Below the pieces are notes generated by a model. The model worked only from the letters and a program-made list of their open reading frames with translations, was not told the origin of the DNA and made no database searches. The position numbers were made by a program, and so were the translations under genes. A stretch of DNA of 64,000 bases from the human T2T-CHM13v2.0 reference genome, Homo sapiens: the NCBI RefSeq assembly GCF_009914755.1, contig NC_060930.1; one strand, given 5' to 3'. This document shows, piece after piece, positions 26,230 to 41,099 of the stretch. Position 1 is the first letter of the stretch; the number at the start of each line of letters is the position of its first letter.

Positions 26230-27720
26230 TTTCATGCGTATAAGTTTGGATATTTTCTTGCTTTAAATATTTTTATCTATTATAAACAGTGCTACGAAAA
26301 TATTTATTTTGTGTGTATGTGGGTATACGTGAATATATGTAACATGCAGTACTAGAAATGAAACTGGTAAGTTAAAGGATGTAGATTTCCATATGATAAA
26401 CATTGCCACAAACTCTTCTGAGATATTGTATCAATTTGTACTTCTACTAATAATGGGTAACAATATCATTTCACAGAACATATTAAAACGTATACTAATT
26501 TATTCTAAATATTTGCTAATCTAAGTTCTGAAAAGCTTTTCCAAATTAAATTGTGAAATTTATACATATGCATAATTTATTGTTACATATATGTAAAACT
26601 ATGATCTAAAGGTCAGATATTTTAAACTTTTTTTATTTCTTATTTTGTGTTCTACCTGTCTTCTTCTGCATTTTTATTCTGTTATGACTCATGTTATTTA
26701 TTTTGTGCTTTTGATATTTTTATTATCTTTTAAATAGATATGCCTATTGCAGGATTTATTCCTTTGCTATTTGTTGTAAAGCTACTTTCATTGTTATAGT
26801 TTGTTTATAGTAATTTTTCCCTGGAAATAGTTAATAAATCATGTTAAAATTTATTTGTCATTTTTATTTTGATGGCTGGATTTCAAATTATGTTAATAAA
26901 AGCCTTCTCTATGCCAATATTATATTTTAAGATTCTCACAATATTTTTCTAGTAGTATTTATACAGTAAGTCTTTTTGTTATAATAACATATAAACCATA
27001 ATTCCATCTGTATTTTTTATTTTGGTGTAATGGGAAATCTAAACTGTTTTTTTAAAATGGTTACCCGATTGTTGGAAAAACAATTTGTTACATAATTAAT
27101 CTTTCCTTCACTAATGTGAAGAACCACATTTATCACTTAGTGAAAGGCTCTATGTTTTTCATTGATTTGCATATATATATATGTATGGATACAGAGACAG
27201 ATTGGAGATAGGTATACTGGGATGCATTTGAAATGGTTAATATTTGAGAGTTCTCTGTTCAAAAGTTTTCTAGTCACTTTGAGTGACTGTTATCCAATAG
27301 AAAATTAAGAAAAAAAATAGTCACATTTCAAAAATCTCCTCTGATATTTTGATTTGAATATCCTTGTATTTTAGATTCAATGGGTGAGACTTCACACCAT
27401 TTCTACCTTGTGTATTCCCATCCAGTATAATATTTGATTTTTCATTTATAAAACTCTCTTCGTTGTGTCACTCATTTGAAACAGTTTTATTCTCATAATC
27501 CTTTTATAGTTTTTGTTCATTTATTTCCTAATGTTGTTGTCTTTTCTTTTATTTCCCTACTGAAATTGCTGTCTATCCTTCCATCATATTATCTAGCTCA
27601 TTGCTGTTTTTATATGGTTATATTATTCACATCTGTAGTTTTGTAGCCAACCATTTAACACAATTTTAATGTTGTACCTATAGTATTTTAGTTTTAAATC
27701 CTCTTTGAATTTTCTGAGGC
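26230..27720 (-). mobile_element. Highly diverged L1M/L1ME fragment
   Basis: T-rich antisense L1 ORF2/3' motifs, e.g. 'cattgccacaaactcttctgagatattgtatcaatttgtactt' and 'tcttcctatcca'-like sequence at ~27415. Confidence 0.6.
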
Positions 27721-28873
27721 TTTATCCCGTTAATATTTTTTCTTTTAAAAATATGTATTTACACTTAAAAATAAAATTTAAGAAAAAGCAAACTTACAGA
27801 AAAAAATTCAAGAATGATGTTAAAAAGTCTGCTTACTTGTATTATTCATAAATATGTTTAGAAAATTTTTAGTGGATAAATGTTAAGCATGATCCTAGAA
27901 TAACATTGCTATAGGATAAAGATTCACAAGTAATGGGATAATACATATTATATATGTCTGTGGATAACTTACAACATCAAAATTTATTGTTTAAATTTTT
28001 TTATGACCAATCTTGTTTTCACTGGGACTACTTGTTTTGGAGATGACAGATAATATTTACTTTCTGAATTAAAAAAAAAAAAAAAACATACTTCAGTGGT
28101 AGAAACCACAAACCAGGGAATGGAATGCACCAACTCTGTGGCAATACCTCTTCCCACTGCTCCTTTGCCTTATAAAGAGGACATCAGAGGAAGGAAATAC
28201 TTTCTCGGAAGACAAGATTTAAGACTTTAGAAGTGCGTTTCCATGCTTATCTCCATGGTATAGTTTCTGTCATGTTCCCCAAATATCCACAAAATCAGAG
28301 ACTGCTTTTAGTCATCCTTCTGAAAGTTGGTAGATCAGAGAATTGCCCATGTTTCATTGCGTGAGGTGGAAGACAGCAGAGGGCTGGGTGAGAGAGAAAA
28401 ACAGGTAGCTGGTACTCTCTGCCTACGTGGAGTGGGTCCTTGTGTGTTCCTGGCAGTATTGGGAATGTAACTGAAGTTTAGTGAGTCTTCAGCCTGCTTG
28501 CAAGCACCCGCAATGGCTGTGCATAGGGACACTGTGAAAGCAGCTGTAGGACTGATCTCCTTTTGTGTGGGGTAAGGGGAGAAAAAGGCTGCTGAAGATA
28601 ACCTCATGAAAAGACTGAACGGAGCAACAAAAAGGGAGTCAGGGAGCTATGGATGCAGGGGCACAGAGAAGCCCACAAGCAGCCAGTTTTAGAAGGACAA
28701 GAAATCCAAACACATTAGCAACTGTTTGTAGCTAATAACTTTTATTACCTTCTCACCTCCCCCATTTCTTCTCCAGTTGACAGCTGACAGTGTTAGACGG
28801 GGGAAATCTTTTGGTTAGACACTTGAGCTTAGCCAAAAGGGTGAGAAGCGATAAACCTTTGATTAGAAAGTGG

Positions 28874-30476
28874 TGAGAGGTGACAGCATGCTGGCAGTCC
28901 TCACAGCCCTCGCTCGCTCTCCGCGCCTCCTCTGCCTGGGCTCCCATTTTGGCTGCACTTGAGGAGCCCTTCAGCCCACCGCTGCACTGTGGGAGCCCCT
29001 TTCTGGGCTGGCCAAGGCCCGAGCCGGCTCCCACAGCTTGCAGGGAGGTGTGGAGGGAAAGGCTCGAGCGGGAACCGGGGCTGCGTGGGGCGCTTGTGGG
29101 CCAGCTGGAGTTCCGGGTGGGTGTGGGCTTGGCGAGCCCGCACTCGGAGCAGCCGGCCGGCCCTGCCGGCCCAGGGCAATAAGGGGCTTAGCACCCGGGC
29201 CAGTGGCTGCGGAGGGCGTACTGGGTCCCCCAGCAGTGCCAGCCCACCGGCGCTGCGCTCAATTTCTCACGGGGCCTTAGCTGCCTTCCCGCCGGGCAGG
29301 GCTCTGGACCTGCAGCCCGCCATGCCTGAGCCTCCCACCCCCTCCGAGGGCTCCTGTGCGGCCGGAGCCTCTCCGATGAGTGCCGCCCCTTATTGCACGG
29401 TGCGCAGTCCCATGGACCACCGAAGGGCTGAGGGGTGCAGGCCCACTGCTGGGGACTGGCAGGCAGCTCCACCTGCAGCCCCGTGCGGGATCCACTGGGT
29501 GAAGCCAGCTGGGCTCCTGAGTCTGGTGGGGACGTGGAGAACCTTTATGTCTACCTCAGGGATTGTAATACACCAATCAGCACCCTGTGTCTAGCTCAGG
29601 ATTTGTGAACGCATGAATGGACACTCTGTATCTAGCTACTCTGGTGGGGCCTTGGAGAACCTTTATGTCTAGCTCAGGGATTGTAAATACACCAATCCGC
29701 ACTCTGTATCTAGCTCAAGGTTTGTAAACACACCAATCAGTACCCTGTGTCTAGCTCAGGGTTTGTGAATGCGCCAATCGACACTCTGTATCTAGCTACT
29801 CTGGTGGGGCCTTGGAGAACATTTATGTCTAGCTCAGGGATTGTAAATACACCAATCAGCACTCTGTATCTAGCTCAAGGTTTGTAAACACACCAATCAG
29901 CACCCTGTGTCTAGCTCAGGGTTTGTGAATGCACCAGTCAACACTCTGTATCTAGCTACTCTGGTGGGTACTTGGAGAACCTTTGTGTCCACACTCTGTA
30001 TCTAGCTAATTTAGTGGGGAGGTGGAGAACCTTTGTGTCTAGCTCAGGGATTGTAAAGGCACCAATCAGCGCCCTGTCAAAACAGACCACTCCGCTCTAC
30101 CAATCAGCAGGATGTGGATGGGGCCAGATAAGAGAATAAAAGCAGGCTGCCCCAGCCAGCAGTGGCAACCCGTTTGGGTCCCCTGCCACACTGTGGTAGC
30201 TTTGTTCTTTCACTCTTTGCAATAAATCTTGCTACTGCTCACTCTTTGGGTCCGCACTGCTTTTATGAGCTGTACACTCACCGCGAAGGTCTGCAGCTTC
30301 ACTCCCGAGCCAGCGAGACCACGAATCCACCAGAAGGAAGAAACTCCGAACACATCCTAACATCAGAAGGAACGAACTCCAGACATGTCACCTCAAGAGC
30401 TATAACACTCACCACGAGGGTCCGCGGCTTCATTCTTGAAGTCAGTGAGACCAAGAACCCACCAATTCCAGACACA
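28874..30476 (+). mobile_element. Solo LTR12C (HERV9 LTR), full length ~1.6 kb
   Basis: Start 'tgagaggtgacagcatgctggcagtcctcacagccctcgctcgctct', end 'gaacccaccaattccagacaca', perfect TSD GTGG. CpG-rich U3. Confidence 0.97.
29530..30145 (+). promoter_or_regulatory. LTR12 U3 tandem enhancer repeats and core promoter
   Basis: ~40-bp subunits arranged in ~160-bp higher-order repeats, with eight CCAATC boxes (~29573-30100). GATAAG and an AATAAAA TATA-like box at ~30127-30141. Confidence 0.8.
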
Positions 30477-30799
30477 GTGGGACCAGAAGTACAAGGAAGG
30501 AAAATATGCATGGAATAAGGAAATCTTGATATTGAGCTCAGAACTTAGGTAGTGATTAAATTTTCATAACTGAATTATACTACGAATTTACCTAAATTTA
30601 ACACAAAGGGTGAGATATGATTGGCAAATTACAGTTTTCCCCACAGCTATCAAGCCATATGGTCCTAGCACATGATGTTGATATCATTTATTAGTAAAAA
30701 CAAAAATATTTTATGTTTATGCGTAATTCATATCTGATTCATATGCTATAGTCTTGTTCTTCCACAGTATTTCTAAAAGTCATTATTGTCTAGGAGCTA

Positions 30800-31090
30800 C
30801 TTCATAGTGATTAAACAAAATCGTGGGTCTGAGTTCCACAATTCTGTTGTGATTTTCTATTTGATTGTTTGCTTGTTTATTTGACAGCTTTCTGCATGAT
30901 TCTAATATGTAGACAATGTTGAGAACCAATGCCTTAATACAGGGCTTCTCATATTTTCATGTGCATGTGAATTACCCACCTGTCTTGGTAAAATTACAGA
31001 TTCTGTTTCAATAGGTCTAGGTGGGGCCTGAAATTGGGTATTTCTATCAAGCTCTCCAGTCATACTGGTGCTATTTCAGATCAACAACTT
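30800..31090. mobile_element. Two adjacent MER5-type (hAT-Charlie) DNA transposon relics
   Basis: 'tgattctaatatgtagacaatgttgagaaccaatg', then 'cagggcttctc...cagattctgtttcaataggtctaggtggggcctga'. Confidence 0.7.
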
Positions 31091-31163
31091 TAAATTTTAA
31101 ATAGAGAATTGGAATTACCTATGTGAAAATTGTTATTTAAATTCACTTTTGAAATACCTGTAT

Positions 31164-31164
<1 letters not shown>

Positions 31165-31205
<41 letters not shown>

Positions 31206-31226
31206 TGTGAGTGAGAGAGAGAGAGC
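31165..31226. repeat. (TG)n(GA)n microsatellite
   Basis: Seen directly. Confidence 0.95.
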
Positions 31227-31239
31227 ATGCATGCACTGA

Positions 31240-33800
31240 AAACTTGAAAAACGGGTATTTTAAAATATTGGCTTTCAGATTTGTTTTCAGAGATGAGCAA
31301 ATTATCATCTCATAATTCACTACATGTGTCCATTTTTGTGTAATTTTTCTCATTTCTAATTTTTCCATTTAGTGCATTTTTATACATTTTTTCTTGATTA
31401 GATTAGCTAATGACATATCTATGTTATATTTAAAAAACTTTTATTGTAGTTCTTTGTAAAATATAAACTTTACTGTTTTATTATTTGTATAACTTAATTT
31501 CTTTTTTGTTTTTCAATTCATTATTTTTCTGTTTCTCTTACATTACATTTAATATTTTCTGTTATTTTTAAAAATGCATAATTAATTAATTTTTATTTTC
31601 TGACTTTAAATATATGACTTCAGCGATCTTCAGCTATTTTACCAGGACCATGAATTTAGGTAAATTAGCAATTATATTATTCATTGAAATTATTTCCCAT
31701 TTCTTTGCAATTTGTATTTTATTTTTTATCTTAATTTAATAGCTGTTTTATACTCTATTTTATATGGTGGTTTTTTGTTATCAGTTTTTTCTTTTTAACT
31801 GGTAAGCTCTCTTTTTTTCATTTTGATCAGAGAATGTAATTTCACTTTTGATAAATTTGGACATTTTCTATTTGTCTTAATATATAGGTAATTTTAAAAA
31901 TATTTTTATTCACTCTTTGAGAGAATATTAGTGTATTGTCAACTCATATGAGTTTAAACTCATCTACTAGATCAAATTTATCATTATGATGATTGAGTAC
32001 TCAATACACTAAATTTTTTTGTCTAGTTTATCTTTTATCTTCCTTGTATTTTATTCCACTTATTCTTTTCTTACAGTTTGAATTTTATATATTTTAAGTT
32101 GAACATATATTTATGATTATCGTAGTTTACTACCCCTTTTTTCCTTTATATATTGCTTTTTCTTTGAATTCAAACTCTGCTTTTTCTTCCCATGCAATTT
32201 TCATATATTTGGCTAACAATTTCAGTTATTTTGAGCCACTTTGTGTTATATGCATCTCCAGTTTACAAATGTTATTATTCTAGTTTTAAAAATTGTAACA
32301 AATACATTTATCTCCTACAGTTATTTATATATAAGTGATATATGCTCTCAGAATCACAATTTTGTGTTTTATTTCTGGTTTAATGATTCTTTCATTTTTT
32401 TTCTGTATGATCCTTATTTGTTTTCTTTGTTGGTTGTCATTATGGTAACATTATTTTAAGACTGGAAGTTTATTGACTGTTTTCATATAGAAATTGCTGT
32501 ATTTATTGGCTTTTATCTGCTGTATTTTAATTATTTTTAAAATGAGGAAACCTTTGTCCAAGTACTTCCCCCTACTTTTCCTTCTTGCCACTTTCATTGT
32601 GTATTATTTTATAATACGTTTTCAATTGTCATGCTCTCTTTTTTTGTTTATAAACAAAAAACACAATTTCCACAGTCATTCAGACTTAGATATACACTTA
32701 AAAGCATGTGATTGATTCCAACACCTCTTTCTTTTCACAGCTTCTCCATTTTTGAGCTCTATATTATGCATTATTTATTGGCTGGCTAAACTCATTAAAA
32801 GTTTTTTTTTTTCCACAAACATCCCAAAATAAATGTCCTGTAACCTTTGACTTCTTTCATGTTTAAGAATGTTTGTGTGTTGCTTTTACACTTGAATCAC
32901 GCCTTAGTGGATTCAGAAGTCAGATGACACTTCCCTTCCTTGAGCATCAGGTATTACCGTGAGAAACCCAGATGCCAGTCTGAGTTTCCCATTTTTAGTT
33001 TACTTGATATTTATTTTATTTTTATCTTAGAATTTTATATTCAGTGGCTCTTACATTTTTACATGGTGGAATTGTTTAAACATAAATTGCTAAACCCCAC
33101 ACTCAGAAGAAATCTTTGATACAGCCTGGAAATTTGCCATTCTGACAAATTCCCTAGTGATGCTGACACTACTGGTTTGGGGATCACATTTGAAGAAATA
33201 TTGGTTTATGTAATTTCCCTTTTTATTGCTGGAGTTCAGTGACACCATTACAACATATTGCGGTGTGATGTATTTACTCACATTGTGTGATTTTCAAATG
33301 AATATTCTGATCCTTCTCTCAGGGCAGATTTTCCGCTATTATCACATGAAATATTATATTCTACTCAAATATTTTCTTTGGCCTCTTTAGGGATATCAGT
33401 TAATTCTAATATACTTTCCTATAATTTTTCTGCAGGAGTGATCCCCTTTTTATTTAGTAAAAGCATTTTTTTTCATTTTGATCAGAGAATGTGATTTCAT
33501 TTTCAATAAATTTGGACATTTTTTATTTGTCTTAATATATAGGTAATTTTTTTTTCATTCGTACGATTTTTGTTGTGAAATCTAACACAAATATCTAGAA
33601 GGGAGTAAAACTTACTTTGATAGTATAATAAATAATTAATTATAAAATGAATCCTCACTTAAGCACCAGCAAAGTAAAGGAATAAAATCTTGGAAATATC
33701 CTAGAAGCCTCTGAGAGTCCCATTGAGATCACATCTCGTTCCTTCTACTCTAAGCTGACTTACACGTTATTTACTTCCTTGTTTCTCTTTCTAGTTGTTC
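31240..33800 (-). mobile_element. Highly diverged L1M fragments
   Basis: Very T-rich, with antisense L1 ORF2/ORF1-like motifs ('ttttgatcagagaatgt', 'gagaaacccagatgccagtctga'). Confidence 0.55.
33042..33202. mobile_element. MER5A DNA transposon relic
   Basis: 'cagtggctct...ttctgacaaattccctagtgatgctgacactactggtttggggatcacatttgaagaaatattg'. Confidence 0.8.
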
Positions 33801-35405
33801 AACCTAAGAATGCATTCCTCAAGAAACACACACACACGCACACACACGAAAATAAATTTTACTAGTTTCTACTGGGTTTCTGTCCTTTGTATTTGTAATT
33901 ATTTTCTTTAACAAATGCCTTAGTATATATTATAGGGTAGATGAAATTGGTTGCTGTATCAAATGCTATACTTAACTCTCCTGGGAACAGTTATTATACT
34001 AGAATTGATACAGAAACTTAATCTTAAATGTCAACTGTTCCTAGATACTTGAATCCTCTTCAGTGTTTAAGATAAAGCTACTCATAGATAAATAAGTCAA
34101 TAATCATTGCTTACAAAATCCTTTGACCATTACCGTCTCAAAATTTCAAATTCGAATGATCTAATATTCTTTTATATACCCCAAAATATTTTACAATTTT
34201 TCTTAATAACTAATGAGATTTGTATGTCCCCCAAACATTGTAACAACCTAATGATTCTGGCTAAATTGCCCAAAACCAAATGGCATCTCATCTCAGATCT
34301 TGCTCCACAGAATGGTCAATCTAGATGATTGCATGCAGTCTCCTGTGTCATAAGCCCAAAGATTCTTTAAAGGCAGCCTGTGTAAAAAATTGTGGAGCTG
34401 GAGAGCCCAGATAATGTGAAATGAAGAGGATCTGGGAGAGAGACACATTACAGTTTGAGTAATAAGTAAGAACACGTGTTAGTGGCATATTAGAGCAGGA
34501 GGCAAGGAAAGGTTTAAGATGCTGGTGGTGGGCCAAATCCAGTGCCTAGGTTACAAGGTATGTCTACCACATGTTTTTAAAGTCATGTCTGGCCCAGGTA
34601 AAAGAATAAGGAATCCGAAAAACAGAATCATGCAATTAAATGTTTATAAGATTTATTATCCATTTTATTTATTTTTTGCATTTCATTCTTTCATGTATTT
34701 ATTAAACATATTTTCAAGTGCTTTAACTTAGGACGCCAACATGTTACACAATGCCTGCTTTTATAAACTAACCTAAAATAAATAAATAGATCAGAATATG
34801 GTAAACATATTACTGAAGTAATGATATGTGTTGTTAAGTGAATAAAAAAGGAACCTATGATATAGTCACATCCAATGGTAGACATATAGGGAGATTTTTC
34901 TGCAGGAAATGCTGCTTATGTGAGTCTTGTAGAACAAGTAAAATTTCCCAAAGGTAGATGCTAGCAAGGATCAGAGGATATGTCAGAAATTGAAATATTC
35001 TGGGAAAAAATAACAGTATGTGTAAAGACAAGACAACCTGAATGAACATGATATAATAAAGGAATTTTAAGTACCATGAACTAAAAGTGTCATTTACAGC
35101 ATTTTAAGATTTTATTTACTTATATCAAAATAGGTCAGACTGAATTTAATATATATAACCACATGAAGATGCAAAAGGAGGAGTAGGCAATAATGAAATG
35201 CAGAGGAAGGAATAGCATGAACAGAAATTGAGAAAATATAGTAGCAATTAGTGGCAATATTTTCTGACCAATGGAATGAGGAACAGTGAGGAAAAGAGAA
35301 TATCCTCCAGAGGAAGGGCATCTACAGGGTGATTCCCAGATTTCAAGTATGAATGGCTAGACATTTGATACAGAAAATAGAACAGAAGGTAATATAGTGG
35401 GGTAC

Positions 35406-35778
35406 TGTATTTGTCCATTCTCACTCTGCTATAAAGATACTACCCGAGACTGGGTAATTTATAAAGGTAAGAGGTTTAATTGACTCATAGTTCCTCATAG
35501 CTTGGGAATCCTCAGGAAATTTACAACCACGGTGGAGGTGAAGGGGAAGCAGGAGTCTTCTTCACAAGGCTGCAGAAGAAAGAGAGAGAGAGCAAAGTTG
35601 TAACTGCCAAACACTTTTAAAACCATTAGCTCTCAAGAGAACTCACTCACTATCATGAGAACAGCATAGGGGAAACTGCCCCATGATCCAATCACCGCCC
35701 GTCAGGCCCCTCCACTGACACATGAGGATTACAATTTGATATGAAATTTGGGTGAGGATACAGAATGAAACCATATCA
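35406..35778 (-). mobile_element. MaLR solo LTR (THE1D/MSTA-like)
   Basis: 'tgtatttgtccattctcactctgctataaagatactacccgagactgggtaatt...aaaccatatca'. Perfect 5-bp TSD GGTAC. Confidence 0.93.
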
Positions 35779-35827
35779 GGTACTAAAAGGAATTTGAGAG
35801 TTGAATGTTAATTTACAGCCACAGATA

Positions 35828-35930
35828 TGTGTGTGTGTGTGTGTGTGTGTGTATACGTATATATGTTTATATATATGTTTGAGCTTATATATGTGTGTAT
35901 CATATATAGACATGTTTCAGTCATATATAT
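35828..35930. repeat. (TG)n/(TA)n compound microsatellite
   Basis: Seen directly. Confidence 0.9.
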
Positions 35931-38486
35931 GACATCTAACTGAAAATTTCCTGACACAAGTGCTCAAGAGAACAACTTCGTGTCATTAGCATGTTTGTGA
36001 TATTTGAAAATGATAATACAAATTTGAAGATTTATGGGAAGTGAAAGTATGGGGGTCTAGGAGACCATCTCTAAAGATGAAAACTGAAATGGCAAAAATA
36101 TTATGAGAATTCCAGAAAAAAATACCTCTGAAAAGAAAGAGAAGTGAAACTAAAGTTTAGTGAGCAAAGAGATTGGAGGAAAACTAAGCATTTTGTCTTA
36201 GAACCCAAGAGAAGCTAGTTTCAAACTGTAGGAAGTGCAGAATCATCTCATAGAAAGAAATATAAAATAAGTTAACATTTAGCATGTGTTTCTCGGATTT
36301 ATCCTCACTGCATTCATTAGTAATCTCGAGGAATATAGTGTTTATGACAGGTCATTATCAGAAATGAAGACATAAAGTGTGAATAAAAAATTAGAAAGTG
36401 CACAGTGCAACTATAATCTACCTTTTTCCACTAATTTGGCTTGGAAATTAAAGAGAGGCAGGAATGCAGACATTTTAAATATACCGAGAAAATTCTGTTT
36501 TCTAAAATGAAGATAACTAAATTTATTACCTAATGTCTACTGAAATGTTGACTGAGGATAAAAATGATATAAGACAACCTAGGCTGTTTTTTTAATGCAA
36601 TTTATACATCAATTAAGTGTGTTGGTGAACTTAAAAAAAATACACAAAAGTTTATGTTGGTAGGGTGAGGCCAGTTAATGAAAAGCCAATAAGAAATCAG
36701 ACCTGACCAAATTTATTCAGTCTTTGAAAAGTGTAAGGAAAGATGTCACTCATATCTATCAAGACAGAAGGGTATATTTTCCCTTTGGGCAAATGTTCAA
36801 AAAAGATAACTATAATTTTCAAAGTCTTATTCCATTATTTTAAATATCATTTCCCAACAATTTACATGTATTCAGTCTAATTGCATTAACAGAAAAATTA
36901 AATATCAGAAGCTCAGCAGCTATATTATAGTAGCTTTTGGTTTGTCCAATAGCCAGTTATAAATTTCTTCAAATTTCCTTACCATGTGGAAGTTAGCCTC
37001 TATTTTGTTTTAGCAGACTATGACCAAAAAAAAGAAAAAATAATAATCTAATCATTGTCTCTTAGTTTCACATAGGAGACATCTTATGTATCAGAAGGTA
37101 AATTCTGTGCTTTAAATTCAATTTTTGTTTTCTTGAAAGGATGCAAATGTTTAAAAATTTTTAAATATGAACTAAAACACTTGTAAGTTAAAATTATTAT
37201 GTGCTTTGTTATAACTTTATCAATATGTAAATTATTTTATACATAAAAACTACTGATAATCCAATAGGAAACATATAATTAAGTAAAGTCTAAAAGCTTT
37301 TTAATATGAGGGATAAGGAGGATACTGGATACTTAAGACATTTTAGTAACAGTTGTATAAATAATTTCTCAAAAATAAAAGTCGTATAGTTAGCATTTAG
37401 ATTACTTTTTTTTCCTGACTTGACTGGTTTAATTTTACCATGATTCCTACATACTGGTGTCCACAGTACTTTGAATATTATATGATGAATAATTGGGGAA
37501 TATTTTATGTCAGAAAGATGATTTTTCAACAAAGAATACAGACATATCTGTAAGTTTTTCATATGTCATTGGTAGAATAATTTTTAAATAATGCATTTTG
37601 AAAAAAAAATTTGTTGCCATTGTATACCTAGATATAACATGTGCTTACATTGATTCTCTGGCCATGAATGTTAAACATCTTTGTATAGGTCTTCACACAC
37701 ATTACTGGTGGTTTTTAAAATTTTAACTGTCATTACACCCACCCCAAATCCTTGGAGGTTAAATTCATATTTTTCTTTAGTCAGTCTCAGTCCCAGCCCT
37801 GGTTGGCATTGCTTGGTGTTTATATTTGTATATTGTAACCATAACCCAGTTCTAACCTTAAAAGTTTCTGTTTTCGTCTTTGCTCTGTGAAAATGCCTTT
37901 CTTGCCCCTTTTTCTCTTATGGCCCTGATTCTAACCCAGGAAATTAGATGGTTAAATATAAAACCACACCCTAATTTGCAATGTTGCACAAGGTAGTTTT
38001 ATTTTTTGCATGTGATTTTTAACCTGTTGTTCTTTGTTTTCAAGAAAATTTGCATTAAAACTCTGCCCTTCATTCTAAAATGTCCATCTGTTCCTACTGT
38101 TTATTTCTAGACTTAAATAGTGAGTGACATCGTTATAATTTCTATGGCAACCAACTGCATTGACATTAAAAGATGATACAGCCTTCGGATAGTATAAAAA
38201 CAGCAGAAGCTTGAGAACTCTTAAAAACAATGTCTTCTGTTCATGCAAATGTCTTTAATAAAGAAGGAAGGATTTGTTGTAACTCTCTGAAGACATGCAC
38301 AATCTGAGGCTCCGAAAGTGTAAGTGTAAGAAAGAAGTATAAGTGTAAGAAAATCTTTTATGTACTGAATGTTCTTAACTTTTTTAATTTTGATATTTTC
38401 CCAAATTCTATATGAGTATTCCATTTTTCTAACCTTGGAAGTAAAAATTATGAGGGTATAAAATGGTGTTTAAAAATGACCTATTA

Positions 38487-40459
<1,973 letters not shown>

Positions 40460-40603
40460 AATAATGACATTTTATAATTGTAATATAGAAGTTCATTGAT
40501 TTACTCCAATATCCTTTATGTAATAAATCTAAGATCTTGTAGAAGTAGATCCTAATAATTGTGTCAGATGTAGGATTTTGTTAGAAAGAAGTGTCAGAAA
40601 ATT

Positions 40604-40900
<297 letters not shown>

Positions 40901-41099
40901 TCAATGGAACAAAAATAACATAAAACAGAGAGAGGAGAAATGGAGAAGAAGGTCATCTGAGATATTCTCTGTCAGTTCTGTGGTGAGCTTAGATTATAGT
41001 AAAGGGCATCGTGTGTGTGTGTGTGTGCATGCGTGTGGTGTGTAAGAGATAATACATTATGCAAAAATGATTGAAAATGTAAATAAGAACACTGGAATG

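Larger units (their letters stand above)
34675..36440 (-). mobile_element. L2 fragment, interrupted
   Basis: 'cattctttcatgtatttattaaacatattttcaagtgc' tail complement followed by purine-rich body sequence. Confidence 0.55.

Noticed and set aside
28071-28087. Poly(A) run as the tail of a processed pseudogene
   Set aside because: No upstream ORF or recognisable mRNA similarity, and no clear TSD.
28753-29594. Cluster of long GC-rich ORFs (up to 211 aa) and a CpG-island-like region suggesting a gene start
   Set aside because: Explained by the GC-rich LTR12C U3. The ORFs overlap on both strands and show no recognisable domain.
29530-30110. Regularly spaced ~40-bp repeats resembling a CRISPR array
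   Set aside because: There are no unique spacers and no cas genes. These are the known U3 tandem repeats of LTR12 in primate DNA.
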